Source of the DNA: Octopus vulgaris
Lineage: Eukaryota
DNA length: 64,000 bases
Reading direction: 5' to 3'
Assembly (NCBI GenBank): GCA_951406725.2
Contig: OX597815.1
Location: forward strand, 70,494,001-70,558,000
Shown here: piece by piece, positions 14,905 to 30,575 of the stretch
Position numbering within the stretch: the first letter of the stretch is position 1
How the letters are laid out: the number at the start of each line of letters is the position of its first letter
Notes under the pieces: model-generated
The model's input: the letters and a program-made list of their open reading frames with translations, nothing else
Told to the model about the DNA's origin: nothing
The model's database searches: none
Position numbers and translations under genes: made by a program

Positions 14905-15120
14905 CACTTTGCTCTCATGTGTTTATTCCCTCCCTGCCTGAGGTTACCGTAGGCTTTTCTTTCCACGGATAAACCTAATCTTGCTCTTTACACTTTAACA
15001 TTTTTTCTGTGATACACGATCCCTTTTGATCGGAATTTTTTTTCTTTGTTTTCCGAAACGAAAAGCTCCACATTGTATTATGTCCCCTCTGTGTTCGGCC
15101 CTGTGTGCCTAATAAAGAAA
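10987..15120 (+). mobile_element. Tx1/L1-clade LINE, near full length with internal deletions, inserted in (CTAT)n
   Basis: ORF1 relic with degenerate zinc knuckle (PRCYDRGSKTHLKTNWP); APE motifs AVYAP and LLVGDWNATLD; RT NFRPITLLNADLKILAKVL, KAFDWVDH and SA*ADDVT; C-terminal CPRCGESDETVLQALVQCP; AATAAA just before the right (CTAT)n. Confidence 0.9.
12037..14873 (+). pseudogene. Disrupted ORF2 (APE endonuclease, RT, zinc finger) of the Tx1-like LINE
   Basis: ORF pieces 12037-12294, 12734-13771, 13836-14279 and 14370-14873 separated by stops and frameshifts. Confidence 0.85.
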
Positions 15121-15132
15121 CTTATCTATCTC

Positions 15133-15204
<72 letters not shown>

Positions 15205-15546
15205 AAATCTCAGCCGACCCACGAACTAACAGCATACATACCCTGTGTATGTGCGTTCGATTTTATATCTATGTATATGTACAGTATATATATATATATA
15301 TGCAATCCATCAGTATTAGTAGACGACGTCATTCATCTATTTCAGCCTAGTCTCTTTCTCTGTCATGAAGGAACGTTGTTTGGGTGAATGACGTCTACAA
15401 ATACCAACATTTCACATCAACCCGGAGTTTCTTCCATTACAAACAGGGTGTTTCGTGCTTATTATTTGTGTGATTTTTTGCTGCCCTGTAACTGTTTATT
15501 TATTTTTTCCGTGTTAATTGTAAACAAAGGGAAAATACACACATCC

Positions 15547-15690
<144 letters not shown>

Positions 15691-15729
15691 GATGGATGAA
15701 TGGATGGATAGATAGATAGATAGAGAGAT

Positions 15730-15770
<41 letters not shown>

Positions 15771-16515
15771 CATACACACATGTGTATGTACGTATGTATG
15801 TATGTATACATGTATGCATGTACGAATATTCAATTCTACATGTGCGAATGTCAGTACGTGTGTGTGTGCGTGTTTGTTTTTCAGCACGTTTGGCGTATGA
15901 AAGCGTAAACAGAGATTCTTTTGATTAACCATTTAAGGCCAGCTTTTATTCTGATAGGTGGGGTAGGGGAATTTGGTCAGATGATTTCACCTAAATATGT
16001 TACCTAAATATGACTGGTGTTTATTTTATCAACCCTTCTAAATACAAAACAAAAAAATAAAAAAGAAACATAGCCAGCCCTAACCAGAATTGAACTCACT
16101 ATAGCAGGACAAAAGTCTAGCTATTTTCAAATATCAATCCACTTAATTATATTTTCTTTGCTTTTACCACCATTCGTCATTATGCGCGTGCGTCTATATC
16201 TGTGTGTCGGTGTGTGAACATCACATATTATAGATAGAACGAGTTAGACATGTATAAATATAGATTTGGTTTCAGTATATCTATATCTGCTCCACCTCTT
16301 TCTTGCTCTTACTCTTTCTCCCTACCTTGTCTCTATTTCTTCTTTCTTCCCTTCCTCATTTGCTCTTTTACTCCGTTGTGTCTTGTTTCCCTGACGTTTT
16401 GATTTTCAGCCTTTCTCCAACATACACATTCTACGTATCTATATTCGTCTTGCCTTACAGACATCTACACTTTTTACCCACATGCTAAAACCTGGACGTA
16501 TATAGTATATATGTA

Positions 16516-16556
<41 letters not shown>

Positions 16557-16578
16557 GATATCATAATATATATATATA

Positions 16579-16692
<114 letters not shown>

Positions 16693-16697
16693 GTATA

Positions 16698-16780
<83 letters not shown>

Positions 16781-16819
16781 TGTATATATATATATATATA
16801 TATATTTATTTTATTCATT

Positions 16820-16995
16820 TACTTCTTTCGAGCATTTTGACTGCAGCCATGCTGGAGCACCGCTTTTAGTCGAGGAAATCGACCCCAGGACGTATTCTTT
16901 GTAAGCTTAGTACTTATTCTATCGGTATATTTTGCCGAACCGCTATGTTACGGGGACGTAAACACACTAGCATCGGTTGTCAAGCGATGTTGGGA
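16820..16995 (-). mobile_element. 3' part of a second SINE family
   Basis: GACTGCAGCCATGCTGGAGCACCGC..GCCGAACCGCTATGTTACGGGGACGTAAAC, reverse complement of 29830-30005. Confidence 0.75.
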
Positions 16996-17007
16996 CGCGC
17001 ACGCGCG

Positions 17008-17041
<34 letters not shown>

Positions 17042-17148
17042 CATAAATATATTATGCATATATATACAGTATATATATATGTATATATACAGTATATATA
17101 TATGTGTGTGTACAGTATATATACACACACACACATATATATACATAA

Positions 17149-17187
<39 letters not shown>

Positions 17188-17209
17188 TATATATATATGT
17201 ATATATACA

Positions 17210-17252
<43 letters not shown>

Positions 17253-17469
17253 CATGTATGTACATGTGAGTGTGTACACGTATAGTGTCCGTGTATACAT
17301 GCGGATATTCTGTTGTATGTATGTAAGTGTACGCACGTGCGTGTGGGTGTGTGTGTGTTTATATGCATGTTTACACGCGAGTGCGTGTGTATGCTTATAG
17401 GCTTGAAGGCGTATATGTACGCGTGTATATGGGTGTATGTATCCATGTTGGTATGTATGTAATAGAAGT

Positions 17470-18270
17470 CCAAATAATTCAAGGAACCAGATTAAACGCT
17501 CAACAGCTCTGATTTACAACGCATTAGGTCCCCAGACGAAACTGTTGATTTACTGACAATTCTACAACTAAATTTTACCAAACTCCTGACCACCATGCTT
17601 GGTCCTTAACCTCTATACATCCCTTATCTTTATATTTTTTTATATTTTATTACATTTTTATCATGTTTTTTTTTACTTTTTTTACTTTTATTTTTATTTC
17701 TATTTCTATTTTTACTTTATAACCTTATGCCTTTACATTTATTTATATTTCTTTATATTTCTTTATATTCTTTATACCCCCTTTACATCTCCTTATATCT
17801 CTTTATATCTTTATGCTCTACATTTTTATATTTTTCTATACTTACACTTTTTATACATTTTTTTATCCCTCGTCCTGAATTCTCGCCCCTCCATCTTCAC
17901 GTATATACATGTATTTATTTATTTACATTACTTCAACATCCATTTTTCCTCATCCTACATTGAGAGAAGAAAGAGATGGACGCTTCAATTCTATGCTGCT
18001 GCCGCATTATGTCGTACGCGAATGGGAGGATTTGCATCCCCAACCAAGAATTTTTGATGTAACACATGTCCTTGTGGAAGCTGTTGTGCGCGGCTGAAGA
18101 AGGCCACAGACATACATTATGCATTGTTATAAATCTGTCTAATAAAGGCCCGAAACATATGTACCGCTGAATCCTTCGCATCATGTTTTTATTTTGATCA
18201 ATTCACTCCACCACCTACACCACCAAACGGTATACACAGGTGCTTATAATTATCAAGTACTCACCCCGAA
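17470..18270 (+). mobile_element. Probable PLE 3' end / solo pseudo-LTR
   Basis: T-rich TTTATA tract followed by a hammerhead motif and ending in (AT)n, the same layout as the 3' UTR of the 43.5-52 kb PLE; ends approximate. Confidence 0.55.
18090..18167 (+). ncRNA. Type I hammerhead ribozyme motif
   Basis: GCGG-CTGAAGA-aGGCC..(ACAGA/TCTGT)..GGCCc-GAAA-CATATG-TA-CCGC: stem I GCGG/CCGC, canonical core, palindromic stem III ACATATGT, GUA cleavage triplet. Confidence 0.8.
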
Positions 18271-18792
18271 TTTATATATATATATATATATATATGTACA
18301 GTATATATATATATATATACACATACATGTGTGTATATATATATATATACATGTGTGTGTATTTATATACATGTGTGTGTGTGTGTATATATATATCAAT
18401 ATGTATATTGATATTATCATTGTATGAATTATGCATTCTATTCCAATTCGTCAGTAATGTGTAAATTCATACATTGACTACACCATCCCACACCCACACA
18501 TGTATGCACGCTCACAAATCATATACAACCTCTCATATTGAAATACAAGCGCATAGAAAATGAGGCATGCATTCACAAACTTTCACACACATACACCTCT
18601 AAGCGCGTACAACCATATATATCATGGGCATGCGCATACTACTGCTCCACCTCCACTTAGCAGTCACCACCTCGGACGAAAATAAATATTAACGTATGTA
18701 GGACGTACACCACATATAAATAGACTATCAGAAAAAAAACATACAGACACACAGAGGCATAAACTCACACATATGGACACCGATATATGAAT

Positions 18793-18845
<53 letters not shown>

Positions 18846-21099
18846 GTATGTGTGTATAGACACGTCAGTCGCCTCAACTGAATCGTTGATTATAATTTTA
18901 ACCCTAATTATCTCAACAATAAGTAAATAGTTGATCTACACTAAACTGAACCTTCTTGGGCAAAGACGCAATAGATACTACATATATTCAATATTTAGAA
19001 GTGAAACAAAGTCAATATGGCCACGATGAGTAAGGGAAATAATCCAAGAGAATTAAAAGCCGAAAGTGAGAGAAAGGTTGTGATAGTGGTAGTGGGGGTA
19101 TAGCTGATATGAAGATACGGTTGTCTGTCTATTAGAATAGCTAGAGTGAAATTCAATCCCATCGTACGTGATTTTACCACACTTGGTAAGAAGAATCACA
19201 TCCAATACTCAGTAATATAGGTGACGGTAAAATAGGTATTTAATTTGTTCCATACAAGTTGATTGTGGAACATTTTTTGCGAAGTTATTCTCCAAGAGAA
19301 ATGCCATGAAAATCATTTGAGGATTGTTTTATATAGAATTTTTATTACGTTTTTTTTTAATCTACATATATTTCTAGAATAACAATAACGTGTTTGTTGT
19401 TTAGTGAACTGATTGAGCAGCCCAATTACTTAAACTTTGAATCGGTTCTTTTGTGAGGTGAAGTGTATCCATGCATGTATGTACTATTTATCGCTACTCG
19501 ACTGAATAACTGAATCGTTAGAGTCGGGCAAAATACCTTGTGGTTACGGCTTTTTACAGACTGTTCAAATCCCACCAATGTCAACATTGACTTTTATCCT
19601 CCCAAGTTGACAAAAATACAGTACTAGTGTCGAACTGAAAGCGTAGGAGGATGGGAAAAATTGTTGTAAGGCGTATAATTGATTATACTGTAATTTATGC
19701 TTCTCTAACCGCCTCATGAATGCTGCATTTCCTAGAAGAAATTTTACTACAGAAGTAAAAACTATTAAAGTCTATCTATTTTGCGCCGATCTTGTACCTA
19801 AAACTTACTCACCTATTTTGCTTCTTTTAACACAAAAATGACGATGTTTGAACGACGTTTTGAAAGTCTCATGATTTATTAAATCAATAGAGTATCATCA
19901 AAGACTTCGTTTGTGTGTTGTTTGTTGTAGAATCCGTCATGGTATTGTGATGTTGCGTTGGGTGTGCAGATCGGAGAGGGTGACCACATGCGGTGGGAAG
20001 CAAACGTATGTTCAAAGTACGTTAGGTTTAAGGAAGCGGGTGCCCAAACTGTCATGGTCGGAAATAAGATTCACCTGGTTGGGAAACCTTACGCTGAATA
20101 AATAAGCTTAGAAGGTAATTATTTATTCCAAGTGGTTTACCGTATATTTCGCTCGGAGCAAGACAAATATTGCAGGGAGGGAGCGTTATTTATTTATTGC
20201 TATTTTTATTTTATTTTATTTTGAAATTATGCATCCCTAAGAATTTTGCACCCTTGGCAGTTGCCCCTGTCATCTCATCAATGATTCTCCACTGGTTTGT
20301 TACAACAATCATCACACACAATCCGTAACTAGCAGTTGGTTTGGGATCCGATAGATACTTAAATAATTATTATTTATACACTGGACTCGTTCTTTTGTGT
20401 GGTGAGCTGTATCAATCCATAGTTTACCTATTTACAGCTTTAATGAATGGCAGAATTGCTAGAGTACCTTGTGGCAGATAGTAATGACTTTATACAGTCC
20501 CTCGAAATCGTTCATCCTCCTGGGCCGGCAAAAATACAGTACAATTAAATACTGAGGTCAGTTTATGCTTCTAAATGTATCCTAGAAATCAACAGGTTCA
20601 TAATAGAAAGAGGACTGTGCCATCAAGAATTATTCGTTTTATTGTGGACATAGTACGTACATATACGAATTGTCGATTCTTTGGCAAGAATGCAACAAGT
20701 TTTTGCCATAACGGAATTATTGAAAATTTGGGGACTTAAAAGTTTTCCAGATACAATCTCCTGGAAATAAAATATTGAAAACGTGGGGAGGTGAGGAATC
20801 AAAAATTATAACCAAAATTCTGAAGCTATTAAAAAGAAAGACCCGGAAGAAGTGAATTTCAGCAATTCACCTCTAAAATTACCTGGAAATTGTTTTGTTG
20901 AGTAGCGAACAGAACCCCTTGAAAAGCCAATGCCATATACTAAGCACAGATAGATATGCATTTTGTAAATATATAAATGTGTTGATATATGAATCGTTAC
21001 ATAAAAGACTGTATATACATATCCAGAATCATTATGTGCCCAGAGGCCTAATTGCTGTTCCTACGTACCTCCACTCAACGATCCTAGAAAGGTCGCTGA

Positions 21100-22080
21100 A
21101 ATAAAGTACCAGTCAAGAACTAGAGTCAATGTAATCGACTAAGTCCCTCCCTCTAAAATTGCTGGCCCTGTGCCAAAATTTGAAACTGGGGCGGTGCGTT
21201 GCCAGAAAAATTCAAGCGTCAGACAAAATGCTTCGCTGTATTTCCACCGGTTCTTTACGTTCTAAGTTCAAAATCTGTTGAGGTCAACTTTACCGTTCAT
21301 CCTTTCTGAGTCGATAAAATAAAGTACCAGTCAATACTTGGGCTGATGTAATCGATTTAACCTCTCCCTTAAAGTTACTAACATTATACCAAAATTAGAA
21401 AGCAATATTTTAATTATTATTTTTAACGACTGCTGTTTTTAAGGCGACAAGTTTGTAAAATACTTAGAGCGTTGGAAAAAATGCTATTTGTTCCGACTAT
21501 TTACTTTCTCAGTTCAAATTTCACCGATATTAACTTTACCTTTCATCTTTTCTGGGCCGATACAATAAAATACCAGTCAAGTACTGAGTTAATGATATCG
21601 ACAAATCCCTTCTTCTAAAATTGCTGGCCTTGTGCCAAAATTTAAAACTGGGACGGTAGATTAGTTAAATTGTTAGCGTGTCGGACAAAATGCTTCACAG
21701 AATACTTCCGATTCTTTACATTCTGAGTTCAAATTTCGCTGACGTCAACTTTAACTTTTATTTGTTTGGGGTCGATAAAATAAGTACCAGTTGAGCACTG
21801 AGGTCGATATAATTGACTTACTCCTTCCCTGAACTTGCAGGCTTTGCATCGAAATTTGAAATCATCATTATTATCTAAGATACAGACACCTTATACTGTG
21901 GGCATGGAGCGAGGGAGTGCTTTTTCGTTACACGTTCCGACTATTTACATTCTAAGTTCAGATCCTGCGATGATCAACTTTGCTTCGATAAAATAAAGTG
22001 CCAATCAAATACTAAGCTTGAAAATATCGACTTGTACCCTCTCTTCAAAATTTGCTGATCTTGTTTCTAAATCACAATCC
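21100..22080 (+). mobile_element. Head-to-tail cluster of about 4-5 diverged SINE copies
   Basis: Repeated TTCTGAGTTCAAAT..GTCGATAAAATAAGTACCAG..TTGCTGGCCTTGTGCCAAAATTTGAAA blocks. Confidence 0.75.
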
Positions 22081-22949
22081 ATTTTTCAACCAATGAAATA
22101 GAATATCTAGAAAACCTTCAAAGTTGGAATAAAGCCAATTATTTCTATATTACTAAGAAGAACTACGACATCAAACTGGTAATATCTGTAGAATCCAATT
22201 CCATCTGAAAAGACCTAGTTCTATTTCGATTAGTTGATGGTTGAATTGGCTTTAACACTTTCTTCTCTACTCTTAGATATTCCTGAATATTCGAAACCGC
22301 CCATTCGAACAGTTTGATCAGTTTGTCTGGCTATATATTGATCAGTCAAGTTGAATAAGTTCAGTTGTTGACTTTGGTTAATGAAACAGTAGATATAGGT
22401 TCACTCCTAACTGGGTCCAATTTCTAGTTTCGTTATGATTCTCAGTTGAAGAATGCACGACACGTTATTTGCTCTGGAAAATATGTACGCCGAAAAGAAC
22501 TCATTGTGACAGTGGACAATAAGAAATATAACTGTAACTGAAATAGAATACTGTAAGCCGCTAAACAGAGAATAAGAGGAGGAAAACCCAGATTTAGAGA
22601 GAGATCCACGGTACAAATTCTTTCGTTGGATCACGGCTGAGCGGTTTACACCACAGTTCAGGGAAATAGCATCACCCAAAAGTCCCTAGGAGTCGTGATT
22701 TAGGTGGGACCGATTCCATTAGGGTGTCAAGAACTAATGGACGAAACGTTTGATGGAAGTTCTTGCTCTGAATATTTCTCCTGCTGCCCGCTTGCCCTGT
22801 AGCGAGTTCTCACCTTCCGCGACGTTCATACGTTTGTTAAGAATATTTGCAGCGAAACGGAAAGTGAAGTGACTTCAACTGATGAGAATCAGCGTGAGCT
22901 TACGTTCTATGCCACATGTTAGTGACGCATCTTGTACACTCTCAATGGT

Positions 22950-23140
22950 TTCAAATTTTGGTACAAGACCGGCAAATTCAAGAGAGGGGGAAAGTCGATT
23001 ATATTGACTCCAGTGTGCAACTGGAACTTATTTTTCGACTCTAAAAAGGTTGAAAGGAATTTGAACTCAGAACTTAAAGCCGAAAGAAATACTGTAAGGT
23101 ATTTTGTTCGATGCTCTTGCGATTCTGCCAGCTCACCGTC
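22950..23140 (-). mobile_element. tRNA-derived SINE
   Basis: GAATTTGAACTCAGAAC..GATTCTGCCAGCTCACCG. Confidence 0.7.
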
Positions 23141-24529
23141 CTCTTGGTGACACTGAATAACAACGATTTCGTGGCGTACACAACAGTAATAACATACATT
23201 TCTAAAGTGGATCGGACCTGAAAAGGGAACGGCTTCATCAGGCAATAAAAATTGCCCAAGACGACACTCCTACAAAAGGGAAAAGGCAAGCAAAATGCTG
23301 CCATTATCTTTTATCCTTTACTCGATTCAGTCATTGGAGATTACGATTCTGAAAAAAAAAAGGAAAAAAAAAAAGACTTTCAAATTCCACACGACCCTTT
23401 AATTTTTGTTTAAAAACATTGAGATAATGATTTTGGAGAAAACTAAAACAAGAATAAAACGAAACAAAAGTTTTTTCAAAATTTCAATTTTTTTTAATGC
23501 CAATTATTGACGACAATTCCACACTTTCATGCTAAAATAAAAATAAATTATATTGTTATGCTTGGGCCTCACTACATTATTTTCAAAGCAGTTTTACGAC
23601 AGAAAACCAGTTGGTGGTTTCTTTTAACAAGGAACCTATCTAAGCCGGTTAGCATGCAGTTTAAAAACTTAAAATGAAATTAAATTAAATCGACGGGAAA
23701 ATCCGACATTTTCATATAAACAAATGCAAGTAACATAATCAATGTAAAGAACGTATATAAACATGGCATTGTTGGTTGATTTCTTCAGTCACACTTTACA
23801 TCGTATAGAGAGAGGTGGTGAAGGAGAAAGAGTAAAAAGAGTGACAAAGATCATTGACATAAGAAATGCAGGATGAATGTCTTATAACTTTCTGAAAAAT
23901 GCTCATTTTTAAATGAAATTTTGCAGAAATTGGTTTTCGACGTAGTAGAGTGTGATTACCTAGATAAAATTTTAAAAAAAATTAATTGCAAATACACAAA
24001 GGAGAAATTTGTTTCATTGAATTTCATTTTAAGGTAATAAGTATTCAAACATATGGTGTACCTTGGCGGCTAGTTACATTTAGTGGGATATTCAATTCAA
24101 GACAAGGAAGAAGTCGCACAGAATATACATATGTACTTTATTTTCTTTTACTTATTCATTACCAACATCTTAAAATTTATAGTCATAAGTAATCAAGTAT
24201 AGCGGTAATTTCTTTCTTATTAGAAATCGTCAGCATGACCTAATCTAAAGCAACCCTCATCATTCTAATTATTGCATGCATGCCATATTTACTGATATTA
24301 CACGTGATGGCAAAAATATACTTTCAAAGTAACCTGTCCAAATAAAAGAAAGCCGTACACAATTTATATACGATGAAAACGATCGCATTAATGTTGAATA
24401 TAGTAGGTTAAAAAAAAACCCGGTGTGCTTCAGCTGCTATTTTTGAAATACTTTAAGATATTACTAGAAGGTACCATATAAGTAGGGGCCTGTGAACAAG
24501 ACATAATGAAGGAGTTCTGTTAATAATCC

Positions 24530-24700
24530 TTTCTACTACAGGGCCAGAAATTTTGTGGGTGGGGGCTAGTCGATTCCATCGAACCTCCAATATTTAACTG
24601 GTACTTATTTACCGACTCCGAAAGGATGAAAGGCAAAGTCACCCTCGGTAAAATTCATACGCGGAACGTAACGAATAAGAAGAAATTCAGTTAAACGTGC
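24530..24700 (-). mobile_element. tRNA-derived SINE fragment
   Basis: CTGGTACTTATTT..CCGAAAGGATGAAAGGCAAAGTC. Confidence 0.7.
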
Positions 24701-25817
24701 TCACAATTGTGCTTCAAGCTTACTGCCTCAAGTTCTACTAATAATACTAAGGGATTACACCTGCTAGTTTTATGCTCGTTTTATGAACTTATAGGATGTC
24801 AGTGACGTTACTTCCGATTGATTTACTTTCATTAAACTCCATGTTGATTTCCAAATCTCGAAGCAGTCTTATTTTTGTTTTTATTTTTTACTTGTTTCAT
24901 TCATTGGACTGTGGTCATGGTGGGGCACTGCCTTGAATGCTTTAGCCGAATAAATCGACCTCAGTACCTTTTTTAAAGTCTAGTACTTATTGTATCGTTT
25001 TCTGTGTATTTGTCGAGCTGCTAAGTTACGGAGACACAAACAAACCAATACCAGTTGACAAGCGGGACGGACGACAAACAGAAGCACAAAGACACTCAGC
25101 CGCCTATGTTTACTTCTTCGATACTTTTGCACTTCAGTTTCAGTGCTCATTGACTGCGGGAGCGGAGAGAGCTGGTTAGAAAGTGGAATGGCGACGGCAA
25201 GTGAAAGCGACGACGACGACAAGAACAGACAACAACAACCACGACGACGACGACGATGACAACGTCAACAACAACTACAATGATGATGACGGCAACGATA
25301 GCAACAACAACAACAAAGCTAAACTGCGCCAAGTCAGTGGTGTGAGTGGCGTATTTGGTTTGACTCGAAGGAATGAAGGGAAACTCTACATTTCCATATT
25401 AACTGGTTTCTATGTTGCTATTGACCTCTTTCCTAATCAGTATTGATTCCTGTCTTTATTGATCAAGATGCTACAAGAAAGCAATGACTGACCTGTTCAA
25501 ATGGTTCTTTCCCATTACTGTAGGAGAGAGTTTTATATGTTTACATGTATTCCTATCTATTTACATGTATCTATATATTATATATATATGTATTCATATT
25601 TTATCTACATGTATTTATATGTATCATATGTATATGTATTCATATGTATTTATATGTAATACATGTTTTATGTGTTTATGTGTATTTATGTGTATTGTAT
25701 ACATTGGATGTTTTGTATGTATTTATATATGCCGTCTGCAGTAAGCCTTCACTGCTTTTTCATTTTTCTATTTAAACACAGAGTGTGGAAGCTATATCTG
25801 TGCTACATCTACGGAAC

Positions 25818-27160
<1,343 letters not shown>

Positions 27161-27233
27161 CATATACACTTAGAAACATCCACTTATATATATATAAACA
27201 TTTTAGTCAGTTATTAGCATCTCCCTCTGTCTG

Positions 27234-27306
<73 letters not shown>

Positions 27307-27624
27307 TACATACTCATATATGTGTATATATGTGTGTCTGTGTGTGTGTATGTATGTGTGTATTTATGTATGTATATATGTATGAATGTTAGGAACATTT
27401 ACTTGCACACATATATACACGTAAGCGCTAAAGACAAGCCTTACATATCCATACAAACACGAAATATTTTTCACTCTTCGTCATTCCCCTCTTCTTTTTT
27501 ACATTGAAAAAGCTGATATAAACAGATTTTCTGTGATATTTACTCAATTTCCATTTCAAATGTGTGCAGTTATCTTCAATGGAGACAGGCAACGACAGCC
27601 ATTACAATAAATGTACTTGTAAAA

Positions 27625-27710
<86 letters not shown>

Positions 27711-28809
27711 GGAAATTATTGGAAAAATCTCAACAACAATAACAGTAGCAGCAGCAACAGCAACGACGACGACGACAACAACAACAACAACTTACACCAA
27801 CAACATTACAACAATAACAAGCATACGATGATCCCGAGGATTACTAGACAGGACACAAGCGGATAGCTACACTACTTTAGTTAAAACATCGTTTGTTCGT
27901 TTATTAGACTGTAGACTATATACGTTCTAAAGATAATAAGCATACTCTAAACAACATTTAAAAACCTCCGTATAATAGCTTCAACGATGACTTATCTAAT
28001 AGGAAGGCAAATGGAAACAAGATTTTGAGTGTTGGATGATATCAGCACTTGAGCAATAACAGCCTATACAAAAGTGGTCCACATTAGAAATTGTTCGGGA
28101 TATATTCTAATGTAGTAATTCATTGATTACGCAACATTTATCAGCTAGGTGAAGGAATGAGACGATCTGATGAAGCTGTTTCGATGCTGACGATTTGGCA
28201 CGGTTGACTGGGGATTCACTCTGTTTTTGGCGACAATACGTATTTGTTGGCGCTGAAGGGAAACACATACACACATACACTCATTCGCACGCGCGCAGAA
28301 GTATGCACATACAGATATATCGAGAGAGGGAGAGGGGAAGAGAGATACTCAACGTCGAATCAGCAATGTCAAATATGCGGCACTGAAATGGCTGTGCTAA
28401 GATGTTTCATACCACTCCTCCCCACCAGGCAGACATGTACTTACGATTCCTTACTGAAGGAGATATTTATTCTATTTGTTGTCCTATTAAATTACTTTTT
28501 TATTATGCTCTGTATTGGACATGCTGTAGAAACATATTGCGGCGGCGAGGTCGAGTCTGGTTTTTTTTATAAATGCAGTGATATCTCCGTGCATGTTTTT
28601 GGGCTTATTTTGGGCTCTTCAAAGATCCCTCGTATTACTCGTACCTGCCAAATTCTAGAATGACGGAAAGGATTATAGATTTTTCAGTGATAAACATTAA
28701 CTGATTCGGTAAACTTATTGAGTAATTGGAGAATAAAACTTTCCCAGGAGTGTTTTCTGCATGGGGGCACTATCATTATTTAACATAGTGAACATAATTT
28801 AATTGTCTT

Positions 28810-29180
28810 ACTCATTGGACTGCAGTCATGATGGGGCACTGCCTTGACGTGTTTATTTCGAACAAATCGATCTCAGTACTTAAATTATTTTAGAATTTGG
28901 TACTCATGCTTATCTTTCTTTTTTGCTGAATCGTTAAGTTACGGGCTCGTAAACGAACCAACACCGGGTGTCAAGCGGTGGTGGGGACAAACACGTGTGT
29001 GTGTATGTGTGTACGTATACGACGGGCTTCCATAGAGTTTTCATCTACCAGATTCACTCACAAAGTATTGGTCGGGCCGGGACGAGAGCAGCAGACGGTT
29101 GCTTAAGATGCCGCGTAGTGGGACTGAACCCGAAACCACGTAATTGCAAAGCGAGTTTCTTAACCACATTGCCATGCCTG
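28810..29180 (-). mobile_element. SINE, second family (CORE-like)
   Basis: Reverse complement of the 29577-30010 copy. Confidence 0.75.
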
Positions 29181-29576
29181 AACCAACTTGTTTAATTAAT
29201 ATTAATAAAAACAAATTAAAATCGTACTGGTTAAAGATCATACTTATTCTTCACTGCAGGCAGGGATGTCCCAAATACATTACAACCCTTACCTTCCAGG
29301 TAAAGCAATACAAGAGACCTCTAAAACGCTGAGACCCACTACATACGTTTACTGACTGCACCATACACGAATTAGTATTGGGTCTCTAAACCCGTAGGAT
29401 CTCCGAGCTACAGTCTACATTGCATATGACTTAAGACAGCGCTGACTGCTTGTGTCCAGTTCATTTTTATAATTAATTTTTATCTCGGATATGCTTCCTT
29501 TACTCTTCTTAATAATAATAATCAATAATTAAAACTAATGGTATTTTTTAATTAAAAGTTATTGATAAAATTTATT

Positions 29577-29728
29577 AGGCGCAGGTGTAGCTGTGTGGTA
29601 AGAAGCTTGCTTCTCAACCACATGGTTTCCGGGTTCAGACCCACCTTGGGCAAGTGTCTTCTACTATAGCCTCGTGCTGACCAAAGCCTTGTGAATGGAT
29701 TTGGTAGATGGAAACTGAAAGAAGCCCG

Positions 29729-29816
<88 letters not shown>

Positions 29817-30010
29817 TTGTATGTCTGTCCTCCGACCATCACTTGACAACCGATGTTGGTGTGTTTACATCCCCCGTAACTTAGCGGTTCAGCAAAAGAG
29901 ACGGATAAAATAAGTACTACGCTTACAAAGAATAGGTCCTGGTGTCGATTTGTTCGACTAAAGGCGGTGCTCCAGCATGGCCACAGTCAAATGATTGAAA
30001 CAAATAAAAG
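29577..30010 (+). mobile_element. SINE with tRNA-like head, CORE-like CTTGGGCAAGTGTCTT and an internal (AT)/(GT) microsatellite
   Basis: A-box-like TAGCTGTGTGGTAAG, B-box-like GGTTCAGACCC; many related copies in the window. Confidence 0.8.
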
Positions 30011-30310
30011 AATAATTTTTTTCCCAGGTGCGGTATGACCAGCAGTAGTAGTCTGGCAGATTGTTCTATTCGCAATTACGCACGACATGCAGGGTACGAC
30101 CTCGCTGCATGGCATCTTCGGCAAATCACACTTTCTGCAGCATCGGTTAGACCTCTACTTTGTGAATGAATTTAGATGGACGGAAGCCCATTGAGTGGAT
30201 CGCAAAAAAAGTAAAACCTTGTTACACATTGTCATGATGATTCTACCTGGAATATATATCACCTTTATGCAGAAGGCATTCGAGGAGGCTGGTAATTATC
30301 TTTGGTGATG

Positions 30311-30575
30311 CGGAGGCGCGTGGATTAGTGGTTAAGGTTTCGTACTCATGATCGTAAGATTGCGGTTTCGATTCCTGCGCAGGATGATGCGTTCTGTTCT
30401 GGAGCAAAACACTTTATTTTACGTTGTTCCAGTCCACCCAGCTGGCTAAAATGAGTATTTCTGCGACGGACTGATGTTCCATCCAGGTGTTGGGAGTGGG
30501 GGAATATATACACCACAGAAACAACGGAACCGGCTTGACGAGGCTATATGACTCGGGAAGGATCTTTATCCTTAT
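30311..30575 (+). mobile_element. tRNA-derived SINE, third type
   Basis: GGCGCGTGGATTAGTGGTTAAGG..GCGGTTTCGATTCC (A and B boxes). Confidence 0.7.

Noticed and set aside
21100-22080. CRISPR-like repeat-spacer array
   Set aside because: Eukaryotic SINE copies, long and diverged; no cas genes
23190-23250. Minus-strand CTGATGA..GAAA hammerhead candidate; also CTGATGA at about 3317, 22879 and 28168
   Set aside because: No convincing stems I and III, or no properly placed GAAA
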